A DNA stretch of 64,000 nt from a virus (taxonomy: Duplodnaviria > Caudoviricetes), in the IMG/VR virus record IMGVR_UViG_3300013947_000019, positions 1 to 64,000 of that record. One strand, 5' to 3'. Shown one piece after another: positions 40,877 through 49,886 of this stretch (positions are counted from its first letter, which is position 1; the number at the start of each line of letters is the position of its first letter). Made by a program: the position numbers and the translations under genes. The notes below the pieces were generated by a model. That model was not told where the DNA came from. It saw only the letters and a list, made by a program, of their open reading frames with translations, and searched no databases.

Positions 40877-42982
40877 ATGAATCGTTTGTTTCGAATGAGA
40901 CGTGCAAATACCAAGTCCAAACCAACAAGTTATGACGTTCTATTCCCACAAGGGATCACGAGTAACGTCATTCGAGCTGAGAATGGCGGCGTGCTGGAGT
41001 CTTCGTTACTCCAGTACGACCGCCATCTTGGCGATCATTCTATTCATATCAATTCTGCTACTAGTAAAGGTACGAATCGATATCTTGAAGTTAGAATGAA
41101 GAATGAGGTTCTCGTAGATAATTATCCTTTAATCCTGACTCTCCATACCTCACTGGAATGTGAGCCTTACCTGAAGTTTAATGATGGTGAGTTTAAGGAA
41201 ATTATTTCCGCTAGTGGTGATAGAATTCCTGGCGGGCAGGCTGAAGGGACTATGATCTTCCTGGTATGGAATGCCAATCTCGATAAATGGATTCTAATGA
41301 GCGCTGATAACTTCAGTGATATTACGAAAGTTGTTCTTCCTGTAGAAACAGAGTATAACTATACTGCTATTACAGATAATGAAGAAACAATCGTAATTCC
41401 AGGATTTAATAAAAAGTCTGATAAGCTGTCCGTAAACTATGGTCAAACAATTCTTCGTAATGGTATTGACTATGAGTTTGTGAAAAGCGCTAATGACGCC
41501 ATTCATCTGATTGGGTTTGGACTTAGTAAGGGTGATATCCTTCATTGTATTATCACTTCCTATATCACTGCTGCAAAGCGTGGTCACTTCCGCTATGAGT
41601 TAAAAACTAGTGATTTCATCGTACCCGCCGAGAAAGATGGTACGACTGTTTTTAATATTCCAGTAGAAGCTGATGGTGCTCATAGTATGATCATCAATTA
41701 TAACCAGACAATTCTCAGGAATAACCTGGATTATGATATTGACAATATTGAGCATGTAATTAAGTTAAAAGAAATCTCTTTGGATAAAGGCGAAGAGATG
41801 GTATTTACTATTACCCAGTTTGTAGAAGCTAATGGTGAAATTGTTCCTAATAACTGGGGCGCTACTGGTAATTATCGATATAAAATGAATGTCATTCATG
41901 GTTCTTATGTAGCTACTGAAGATGATGTTAAAGTTTTTGTTGTTCCTGAGTTTAATTATAAGGCTGATGATATCTCTCTGATTGATAATAATCAGCTATT
42001 GATTATGGATGTTGATTATACGGTTGATGAAATCGGTAATGTAGTCTTACTTAAGAAATCCTTGAATACCGGTGATGAAATCTTCTTTACCATTCTTCAA
42101 GGTGCCATGATGGATGTTCCAAACTTCAATGTTATTCGTGCAAGCGGACAAGATGGACAGCATATCTTACTGGATATGTCTTATAGTGTACTGTCGAATT
42201 TCTACTGTTTGCTCGTAAAATTGAAGTATGATCTGAAGACTGCTCCTACAGTTAAGTGTATCGATGGTCCTGCAGAAATGATCTGTGACTGTTTCCATAC
42301 ACCTATTACCGGTGGGTATAAAGCTGGTTCTTATTTATGGCTTGTATATGATGAAGGTGAACATCTGTGGTATTCTCTGTCTCATAGTCAGGTAGACATT
42401 TCTCAGATGATTCCCACACATAAACATGCTAGTGGTTCTGCTAAATTCTCTGGATATCATCCAGATGAAGGTGATGTCGGATTTAAGGAAACTGTGATCA
42501 AACATGGTCTTGGAATGAAGCCTCAAAGAATCGATGTTGTACCTTCTGAACCTCCTACCGTTAACTCTGACGGTAGTATCTCGACCATTGGTGATATTTG
42601 GTCTTATGCGGATGAGAACTACCTCTATGTAGGCAATAGTGGCACTTCTACATCTAAATTTGACTGGTCTGTGAGTTGTGAAGATGCTACAAATGATCTG
42701 CGTTCTTATATCGATGAAGAGATTAAACAGGTCAAGAATAATCCTGGTAAGATTGAGACAAAGCTTTCTACCTTTACTGCTACTACAGATGGAGCATATA
42801 GTATTACTATTAACGATTTCAATGCACAGGTTGATAAGTTAATTGTAAACTATAACCAGACTGTGCTCCGTGAAGGTATTGACTATGATATCAATAAAGA
42901 TATCAATGGTATTACTATGAAGGCATTCAATCTGAAGACAGATGATATTCTGCAGTTTATGGTTATTAAACAGACTGTCTAA
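40877..42982 (+). CDS. Tail/baseplate-associated protein with repeated beta modules
   Basis: Four copies of xNYxQTILRxGxDY-like modules; IKHGLGMKP (H-type lectin-like) segment. Confidence 0.65.
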   Translation: MNRLFRMRRANTKSKPTSYDVLFPQGITSNVIRAENGGVLESSLLQYDRHLGDHSIHINSATSKGTNRYLEVRMKNEVLVDNYPLILTLHTSLECEPYLKFNDGEFKEIISASGDRIPGGQAEGTMIFLVWNANLDKWILMSADNFSDITKVVLPVETEYNYTAITDNEETIVIPGFNKKSDKLSVNYGQTILRNGIDYEFVKSANDAIHLIGFGLSKGDILHCIITSYITAAKRGHFRYELKTSDFIVPAEKDGTTVFNIPVEADGAHSMIINYNQTILRNNLDYDIDNIEHVIKLKEISLDKGEEMVFTITQFVEANGEIVPNNWGATGNYRYKMNVIHGSYVATEDDVKVFVVPEFNYKADDISLIDNNQLLIMDVDYTVDEIGNVVLLKKSLNTGDEIFFTILQGAMMDVPNFNVIRASGQDGQHILLDMSYSVLSNFYCLLVKLKYDLKTAPTVKCIDGPAEMICDCFHTPITGGYKAGSYLWLVYDEGEHLWYSLSHSQVDISQMIPTHKHASGSAKFSGYHPDEGDVGFKETVIKHGLGMKPQRIDVVPSEPPTVNSDGSISTIGDIWSYADENYLYVGNSGTSTSKFDWSVSCEDATNDLRSYIDEEIKQVKNNPGKIETKLSTFTATTDGAYSITINDFNAQVDKLIVNYNQTVLREGIDYDINKDINGITMKAFNLKTDDILQFMVIKQTV

Positions 42983-43057
42983 ATATAAGTCCCCTCCCTG
43001 TTTGGGAGGGGCTTTCTTTTGAACATTACTATACTAGGAGATTAATAGAAAGGAGGA

Positions 43058-43516
43058 TTGATTCCTATGGCTAAGAAAAATAAAGAGATCGATATGGCAC
43101 AAGAACTTCTTGCTAAGAAGAAGAGACAACTACGTAATGAACGTATCAGAGAAAGTCTTGCTGCTAATTTAATGAGTACAACTAAACAGCTTGTTTGGTT
43201 ATTTTCTATTAATGGTATTTTATGGATCTGGTGCTCTTATGTACTAGCATTTATGGATAAAGTACAGATTGCTGAGAGCCTCTCTAGTAATGTATGTACA
43301 GTTGTTCTTGGTCAGCTTGGTATGTACCTAATCACCAAGACTGTGGAGAACGTCTTCCGTTATAATAATTTCGGAGGTACATCTTTATATACTGCCGACA
43401 ATCAAAATGTCGAAGTAAATAATACTTTTACAGAAAGTGAGGAAATGAATAATGGAACAGAAGCAGACCAATACTGTAGTGGAGGAGACCAAGTCGACCC
43501 AGGCTCCTTGGTATAA
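43058..43516 (+). CDS. Membrane protein, possibly lysis-related
   Basis: Late-like promoter at 43022-43035; GAAAGGAGG RBS; two hydrophobic segments. Confidence 0.6.
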   Translation: MIPMAKKNKEIDMAQELLAKKKRQLRNERIRESLAANLMSTTKQLVWLFSINGILWIWCSYVLAFMDKVQIAESLSSNVCTVVLGQLGMYLITKTVENVFRYNNFGGTSLYTADNQNVEVNNTFTESEEMNNGTEADQYCSGGDQVDPGSLV

Positions 43517-43814
43517 GAAGTTTACCTCCCGTAAGTTCATCATGGCCCTGATCGGTGTAATTACTGGTATCTGTGGTATGATCGGTTTCAGTGACAATAC
43601 GACTGCAGTGATCGCTTTCATTGCTATCGAGATTTTATCCCTGGCCGGTTATATCATTGCTGAGGGTGTCGTTGATGCTAAGGCTGTGAAGACAGGTGCT
43701 ACGATTCTGCAGGAGATTGCAGACATCATTGCTGCACTGATGGATCATAAGGAACCAACTGTTGATCCTGATGGTGGTACTCATGATGATACGATGAAAG
43801 ATTTGGATGAATAA
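43452..43814 (+). CDS. Putative holin
   Basis: KKFTSRKFIMALIG...AGYIIAEG.VDA, a pattern seen in Firmicute phage holins; two TM segments. Confidence 0.65.
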   Translation: MEQKQTNTVVEETKSTQAPWYKKFTSRKFIMALIGVITGICGMIGFSDNTTAVIAFIAIEILSLAGYIIAEGVVDAKAVKTGATILQEIADIIAALMDHKEPTVDPDGGTHDDTMKDLDE

Positions 43815-43850
43815 AGATGGGAGGGCAAATTTGCCCTCCCAATTCTTATT
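43812..43850. terminator. Bidirectional terminator between convergent genes
   Basis: GGGAGGGCA-aatt-TGCCCTCCC. Confidence 0.75.
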
Positions 43851-44526
43851 TCTCATAATGAATCTTATACCCAGATTCTGGAACCATGCACTTAGCTTCA
43901 TAATAAATTTCATTCGTGGTACAATCTTCATTATATGTAAGTGTTAGTGCTAATCCACCAGACATGATATTCTTAGCAATCTTATCAACAAGACCAAGTC
44001 GCATCAGATAATTCAGACAATATGAATATTTCTGATCAATACCAGGTAACGTTTTCATCTTAGCTGTAGCTTCATCATCCATCGTTGTTCTACCACAAAC
44101 AACAATAAAATTTAATGGATTATTGTGTGTTTCTTGCATAGTTTCACAGGAGACGGATGACGACCCGGGGAAGCACATATTTCGAGCAAATGAGAACATA
44201 TGGTCATCATGAAGTGCCCTCCTAAGGCCTTTCTGAACCTCTTTATAGTACTCTTCACTCTTTTGCATCTCAACATGAATCTTATCATGCTCTGCTTGCA
44301 GTCGATCATTTTCTGATTTCAATTCTTCCATTGTAACCAGATTCATAGCATTAATTCGACCTCTACAAATATTCAACTCTTCAGTTAATTGATCCGTGCA
44401 GGTTTGCAATTTCTTGATTTTATCGTCATAATCTGTAATGCGCGCAAAATGTTCATCTGCATCAATCACAACAAATCCATGACGCTCTAAGAATTTTCTG
44501 AACCACTTAATTAATAGTTTAATCAT
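43846..44526 (-). CDS. Coiled-coil hypothetical protein
   Basis: AAGGGAG RBS; heptad-rich N-terminal half. Confidence 0.7.
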   Translation of the reverse strand: MIKLLIKWFRKFLERHGFVVIDADEHFARITDYDDKIKKLQTCTDQLTEELNICRGRINAMNLVTMEELKSENDRLQAEHDKIHVEMQKSEEYYKEVQKGLRRALHDDHMFSFARNMCFPGSSSVSCETMQETHNNPLNFIVVCGRTTMDDEATAKMKTLPGIDQKYSYCLNYLMRLGLVDKIAKNIMSGGLALTLTYNEDCTTNEIYYEAKCMVPESGYKIHYEK

Positions 44527-44549
44527 ATAAATTACTCCCTTCTTTATTT

Positions 44550-45090
44550 TTATAGTACGATTGCTCCAGGTCGCCCTGGAGCATAACTTAACCTATGATT
44601 AACGAGTGAAGTAGCAAAAGACAGAGGTGTATGTCATGGTACCTTATGCAGTGAAAGGAGATATCTACAATGAGCGATGTAGATTTATCATTGGAGGTCG
44701 GTTAAGTTTTGGTATCGTACTGAGGCAAGCCTCACCGGAGATAGAGATGAAAAATTATTCGCACATCCATTCCAGGTATTCCCTGATTTGGATGATATAA
44801 AAATGGATATTATCTGAAGAACCATCACTTCAGTAATACCCTTGGATGAGGTGTCCAATGATGATAAATATCAGATACTTGGCAGTTATAGATATAAGAG
44901 TTATGGGAAGTGGTGGAGTCTCTTATACCTGAGGTGGAATATCTGATATCATAAGTAATCCAGTATCCTTGTTAGTACTCAACAGATGGTTAGGATCAAC
45001 CGATTACTGGGAAGGAGGACTTAATATAGGTGAAATCAAATGTACTTTGTGGAGGTATACAACATGATTCGGTGGTGAATACCAAGCCCT
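44550..45090 (-). ncRNA. Putative ~540-nt structured RNA with multiple anti-Shine-Dalgarno motifs
   Basis: 650-nt gap with no ORF of 60 aa or more. Promoter AACA-ATTT-TATG at 45089-45102. More than 10 hairpins, with minus-strand GCGA and CUUG tetraloops. About 10 CCUCC/CACCUC/CUCCUUUC motifs. Confidence 0.6.
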
Positions 45091-45174
45091 CATAAAATTG
45101 TTAGTATATGTATAAAAATAAAATAATGAGAAAGAATTTGCCCGGGAGAGTAGTATCATCTCCCGGGCTTATCT

Positions 45175-45702
45175 TTATGGTAACTTGTACAGAGTTGGAT
45201 ATCCACTTTCTCGAGTCTTCTGCAGATCAATGATACGTTGATTACTGCTACCTCTAAAACGAAGGGATATATCTTTTAACTCTTCTACAAAACGACCATC
45301 TACCAATACATCAAATGGTTTAAGCATTTCATCCATTCTTGAATTATATGCACGACAAGTCGGGTTATGAAGTTCCTCATAAGTAAATCCAGTATATAAC
45401 CAGAAATTTTTATCAGGGTGATTTGCCTTCAAAAACTTAACCAATTCACATACATACATTTGATTCTCTGGTTCCATTGGTTCACCACCAAGAATTGTTA
45501 CACCATCAATATATGATCGATCTAATGCTGCACTGAGATCATATGCAAGTTCTGTTGTTACAGGTTTACCATAATTGAAATCCCATGTACACTCATTGAA
45601 ACAATTCTTACAATGATTCCGACAACCAGATACAAAAAGAGAAATACGGACACCTAAACCATTTGCAATATCACAGTCTTTTATTGCACTATAATGTACC
45701 AT
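45175..45702 (-). CDS. nrdG: Anaerobic ribonucleotide reductase activase (radical SAM)
   Basis: DIANGLGVRISLFVSGCRNHCKNCFN, GGEP and FRGSSNQR. Confidence 0.95.
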   Translation of the reverse strand: MVHYSAIKDCDIANGLGVRISLFVSGCRNHCKNCFNECTWDFNYGKPVTTELAYDLSAALDRSYIDGVTILGGEPMEPENQMYVCELVKFLKANHPDKNFWLYTGFTYEELHNPTCRAYNSRMDEMLKPFDVLVDGRFVEELKDISLRFRGSSNQRIIDLQKTRESGYPTLYKLP

Positions 45703-45717
45703 TAAAAGACCTCCTAA

Positions 45718-45786
45718 TTACAGATGGAGAACTCGATCACGGATCTCTTCTGTTCTTCCCTGATTCCAGTACTGTGTGCCAATGTA
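45718..45786 (-). CDS. nrdD: NrdD exon 2 (YIGTQYWNQGRTEEIRDRVLHL*)
   Basis: Completes the RTCG|YI glycyl-radical motif and the conserved NrdD C-terminus. Not in the ORF track. Confidence 0.92.
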   Translation of the reverse strand, partial: YIGTQYWNQGRTEEIRDRVLHL

Positions 45787-46744
45787 CTTGAACTACCCAT
45801 AGTAACAACCATCCTATGGGAATAGACTATCCCTTGCAAGGGTCCATTATAATTGGTTCCTCATGCCGATATTTATAGTCGTTGCACCTTCTCTTCAACA
45901 TACTTTTCAATTTCTTTAGCTCGATTTTTTGGAATTTTTGGTTTTTCTTTTGGATACCTATATTCTTTGAAGAGAATTTCTTCCGCATACCATCTTGCAT
46001 AATATGCTTCTTCTTCATGTTCATAAGTTCCTAAATGTACCGATTTTCCATGAAGTTTGATTCGCGCAGCCCATTTACCATTATGATCATCAACACCACG
46101 ATAATTACTATTCATCTGGTTTTGAGATTTAGTAATGATGCGCAAATTACATCTTCTATTATCAAGCTTATTGTGATTAATATGATCAACAAATTGATCA
46201 GTACCTAGAATAACTCTATGCATAAATAAAGTAAGCTCATTAGTTCCTTTTATTTTATTCTTTGAATTCTTACTATTATTTATAGCATATCCAGAAGCAC
46301 TCTTTCTCCACTTAGTATATCGAACTTTATTGTAATCTTTGATATCAACCATTGCTTGGTCTACAAATTCACCATTTTTATCAAATAGATCGATATACAC
46401 TACATCATTTTTTATATGTGCAGTATTCGGAGTATACATAGTTCTAGGATTAGTATCAATCGGATGACCATATTTTTTAATTTGTTTATAATGCTTATTG
46501 CAAAGAGTTTGTCCAAAATATGCAATTTTACGATATAGCATTTTTCCACAAACATCACATTGAAAATGATATTCTTTCATATATACTACACCTCCTTTCT
46601 ATCTTGTTTGAGATATAGTATATATTTAAAATAAATTTATGTTAAAGAGCATGGCTCAGGATTACCCTTTTAGTTTAGTTTATAGGTTCGGGCTTCCCCT
46701 GAATTTCTATCGATTTATAATGCGGCTAAATATAGCACACCTTC
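45787..46744 (-). mobile_element. Group I intron (958 nt) in nrdD, with homing endonuclease
   Basis: P1 TGCGGT/GCCGCA with a canonical U.G pair; P7 GACTA/TAGTC (AAGGGATAGTCT); terminal G at 45787. Confidence 0.92.
45873..46580 (-). CDS. Intron-encoded HNH endonuclease with C-terminal AP2-like domain
   Basis: MHR...VDHINHNKLDNRRCNLR...QN; YRGV...KWAARI...HLGTY...EEA. Confidence 0.9.
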   Translation of the reverse strand: MKEYHFQCDVCGKMLYRKIAYFGQTLCNKHYKQIKKYGHPIDTNPRTMYTPNTAHIKNDVVYIDLFDKNGEFVDQAMVDIKDYNKVRYTKWRKSASGYAINNSKNSKNKIKGTNELTLFMHRVILGTDQFVDHINHNKLDNRRCNLRIITKSQNQMNSNYRGVDDHNGKWAARIKLHGKSVHLGTYEHEEEAYYARWYAEEILFKEYRYPKEKPKIPKNRAKEIEKYVEEKVQRL

Positions 46745-48847
46745 ACCGCATGTGCGCCTGCAGATGTTCATCGTAGATTGATTTGTATTACCACACTTAG
46801 GACATTTCCAGATTAATTTACCATTCTCATTTGTTACAATATCGATTTCTCCATCCCAGCCACATTCCTGACAATAATCAGATTTAGTGTTGAGTTCAGC
46901 ATACATGATATTATCATAAATAAATTTCATCACATTAAGTACTGCAGGAATATTACCCTTCATATCAGGAACTTCCACATAGCTAATAGCACCACCAGGA
47001 GAGAGCTTCTGAAACTCAGCTTCTTTGGCAAGTTTAGTAAAAGCATCAACTTTTTCATATACCGCGAAATGGTACGAGTTAGTTATGAAATTATGATCAG
47101 TTACACCAGGAATAATACCAAAACGCTCTTTCAAACACTTAGCAAACTTATATGTAGTAGATTCCATAGGAGTTCCATATAAAGAATAAGAGATATTCTC
47201 TGCTGCTCTCCATTCAGCACACTTATCATTCATGTGCTGCATAATCTTAAGAGCAAATTCTTTATTCTCAGGATCCATATGAGACTTACCAGTCATTGCT
47301 ACTACACATTCATGCAGACCAGCATATCCAAGAGAAATAGTAGAATAGTTATTATACAATAACTTATCAATGGTTTCACCTTTCTTCAAACGTGCAAGTG
47401 CACCATATTGCCAAAGGATAGGAGCTACATCAGAAGTTGTACCTTTAAGTCTATTATGTCTGATCTGAAGAGCTCTATGACAAAGTTCAAGTCGTTCATC
47501 AAAAATCTTCCAAAACTCGTCAAAATCTTTATGTGCAGAGAGACCAATATCAACCAGATTAATGGTCACAACTCCCTGATTAAAACGAGAATAGTATTTA
47601 TGTTCACCATTAGGACCAAGACCTTCAGTATCGGGAGTTAAGAAAGAACGACAACCCATACATGGATAAACATCACCATTCTTAAGCTCTCTCATCTTCT
47701 TTGCAGAAATATAATCAGGCACCATCCTTTTAGCAGTACATTCGGCAGCAAGTTTGGTAAGATACCAATAAGGGGAATCCTCATGAATATTGTCTTCATC
47801 AAGAACATAGATTAGCTTCGGGAAAGAAGGAGTAACCCATGCACCAACTTCATTCTTAACTCCCTGAATTCTTTGCTTTAAAGTCTCTTCAATAATCATT
47901 GCAAGATCATGTTTAGTTTGTTGATCTTCTACTTCTCCAAGATACATAAAAGATGTAACAAATGGGGTTTGTCCATTAGTTGTCAACAATGTTAAAATTT
48001 GATACTGAATCATCTGAACACCACGAGTAACTTCCTCATGAAGTCTAGATTCAGTAATCTTATCAATCAGGTAAGTATCATTTGCACTATGCGTATCTTT
48101 CAGCTCCTCGATAACCTTCTTGCGAATCTTCTGACGAGAAATATCAACAAAAGGTGCAAGATGACTCAAAGAGAAGGTTTGGCCGCCATATTGATTAGAA
48201 GCAACCTGTGCAATGATTTGAGTGGTAATATTACATGCAGTAGAGAAAGAATGTGGCTTCTCGATCATAGTACCAGAAATAACGGTACCATTCTGAAGCA
48301 TATCTTCTAGATCAATCAAATCACAATTATGCATTCTCTGTGCTACATAATCTTGATCATGCAACCAAATGATTCCAGCCTCATGTGCTTCTACTAAATC
48401 ATGCGGATATAAATATCGTTTACATATATCTCTAGAAATCTCACCAGCCATATAATCACGCTGGGTAGAATTGATTACAGGGTTCTTATTAGAATTCTCC
48501 TGCTTAGCCTCTTCGTTTGTCTGATCAATGATAGAAAGGATCTTATCATCAGTTGTATTCTTCTGACGGATCTTGCTTCTCTCATAACGATAGGTTATAT
48601 AATTCTTAGCAATCTGGTAGAAACCAAGTTTCATGATTGCTAATTCAACCATATCTTGAATATCTTCTACACCAACAGCATGTCCAAGTTTTTCACATTT
48701 AGCTTGAACTGTAGAAGCAATATCTTTGATATAATCATCAGTCATTCTTGCTGTCTGCGGGACAGTTGCATTTGCTTTACCGATCGCAATTTCAATTTTA
48801 GAAATATCAAAGACTGCTTCAGAGCCATTCCTTTTTATGACATTCAT
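46745..48847 (-). CDS. nrdD: Anaerobic (class III) ribonucleotide reductase, exon 1
   Basis: ATP cone (VIKRNG), HNCDL, QYGGQT, MGCRS, YGTPMES, TNSYH, CQEC...CPKC; ends RRTCG. Predicted spliced product is 723 aa. Confidence 0.95.
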
Positions 48848-48997
48848 GGTTTGTTCATCCTACCTTTCTGTGAAAAATCACAATGTGTATATTCATTTTA
48901 TATCTCGGAAGAGATAAGAATAGGATCGGGCATGACTAACATACCCGATCCATAAAATTCTTAAAATGTCGCATTACCAACCATTACAAAATAATGG

Positions 48998-49519
48998 TTA
49001 TTTCGTTGTGATAGCATTATATATCTCCGATACAAATTCGCTGGGGGTGGGGAAATTCATATCATATGACATGATGCCATTGGGGTTAAGTGTAATGACT
49101 CGGCTATATACACTAAGTCCATCTTCTGTGCACATAATAATCTCGTAACATGCCTCTGTTTGGGGTTCAGGAGGATGTTTTGGATCATAACGAAACGTTA
49201 ACGTAAATTTATCAATGATATTATTATGTGAATTTTGAACACAACAAACACATTCAGTATAATAGTCAATGCGATTCACACATAATTTTACGTCTGAGAT
49301 AGCTAATGTATGTAGCAAATATTTAACGGAATGGAGGATCGTCTTCCCAGCCTCAAAAAGCTTTGAATAGTCACTTGAGACGCTCGCCCCACTAGATAAA
49401 CCATGAGCCGCACGCGTATGGATAAGTTTATCTGAAAGATATTGAATATCAGCAATTGATAAACTCTCACAGTAGGGTGCGGGTTTCTCTGGAGCATGCA
49501 CCTCGAATAACAAAGACAT
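48998..49519 (-). CDS. Hypothetical protein
   Basis: GGAGGTG RBS. Confidence 0.65.
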   Translation of the reverse strand: MSLLFEVHAPEKPAPYCESLSIADIQYLSDKLIHTRAAHGLSSGASVSSDYSKLFEAGKTILHSVKYLLHTLAISDVKLCVNRIDYYTECVCCVQNSHNNIIDKFTLTFRYDPKHPPEPQTEACYEIIMCTEDGLSVYSRVITLNPNGIMSYDMNFPTPSEFVSEIYNAITTK

Positions 49520-49544
49520 GAGAGATCACCTCCGGGAAACTTAC

Positions 49545-49763
49545 TTACTTCTTACCTCTATAGTTAGAGCAGGCCTTGTTCCCACACGGTGACTGACGAC
49601 CACACAGTTCATAACAGCTATGGTGAGAATAGGATTCTTTGACATAGGGTTTGCGAGGAGCTCGTTCCGTAGTATCGCTCATCTGAGGAATAATTTTGCT
49701 TTGTCTTGTTGCAGGAGCAGAAATATTATTGGATTTCTTTTCAGCCAGGTTGGTAATGATCAT
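49545..49763 (-). CDS. Small basic protein with C-terminal Cys/His cluster
   Basis: AAGGGTGA RBS; late-like promoter at 49818-49831; HHSC..C...PC...C. Confidence 0.6.
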   Translation of the reverse strand: MIITNLAEKKSNNISAPATRQSKIIPQMSDTTERAPRKPYVKESYSHHSCYELCGRQSPCGNKACSNYRGKK

Positions 49764-49886
49764 TATTATTTCACCCTTCTATCAAAATTTTTTGACCCTT
49801 CAACTCGCTATAGGGGCCCTATAATCTTGTTTAAGCCAGATTCAATAAATAAAAGAGACCAGGAGTTTTATCTCCTGGTCATTCTT

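Noticed and set aside
44550-45090. CRISPR array, tRNA cluster or tmRNA in the large intergenic gaps
   Set aside because: No identical direct repeats with regular spacers, no cloverleaf with T-loop and CCA, and no tmRNA-like ends or tag frame in any gap.
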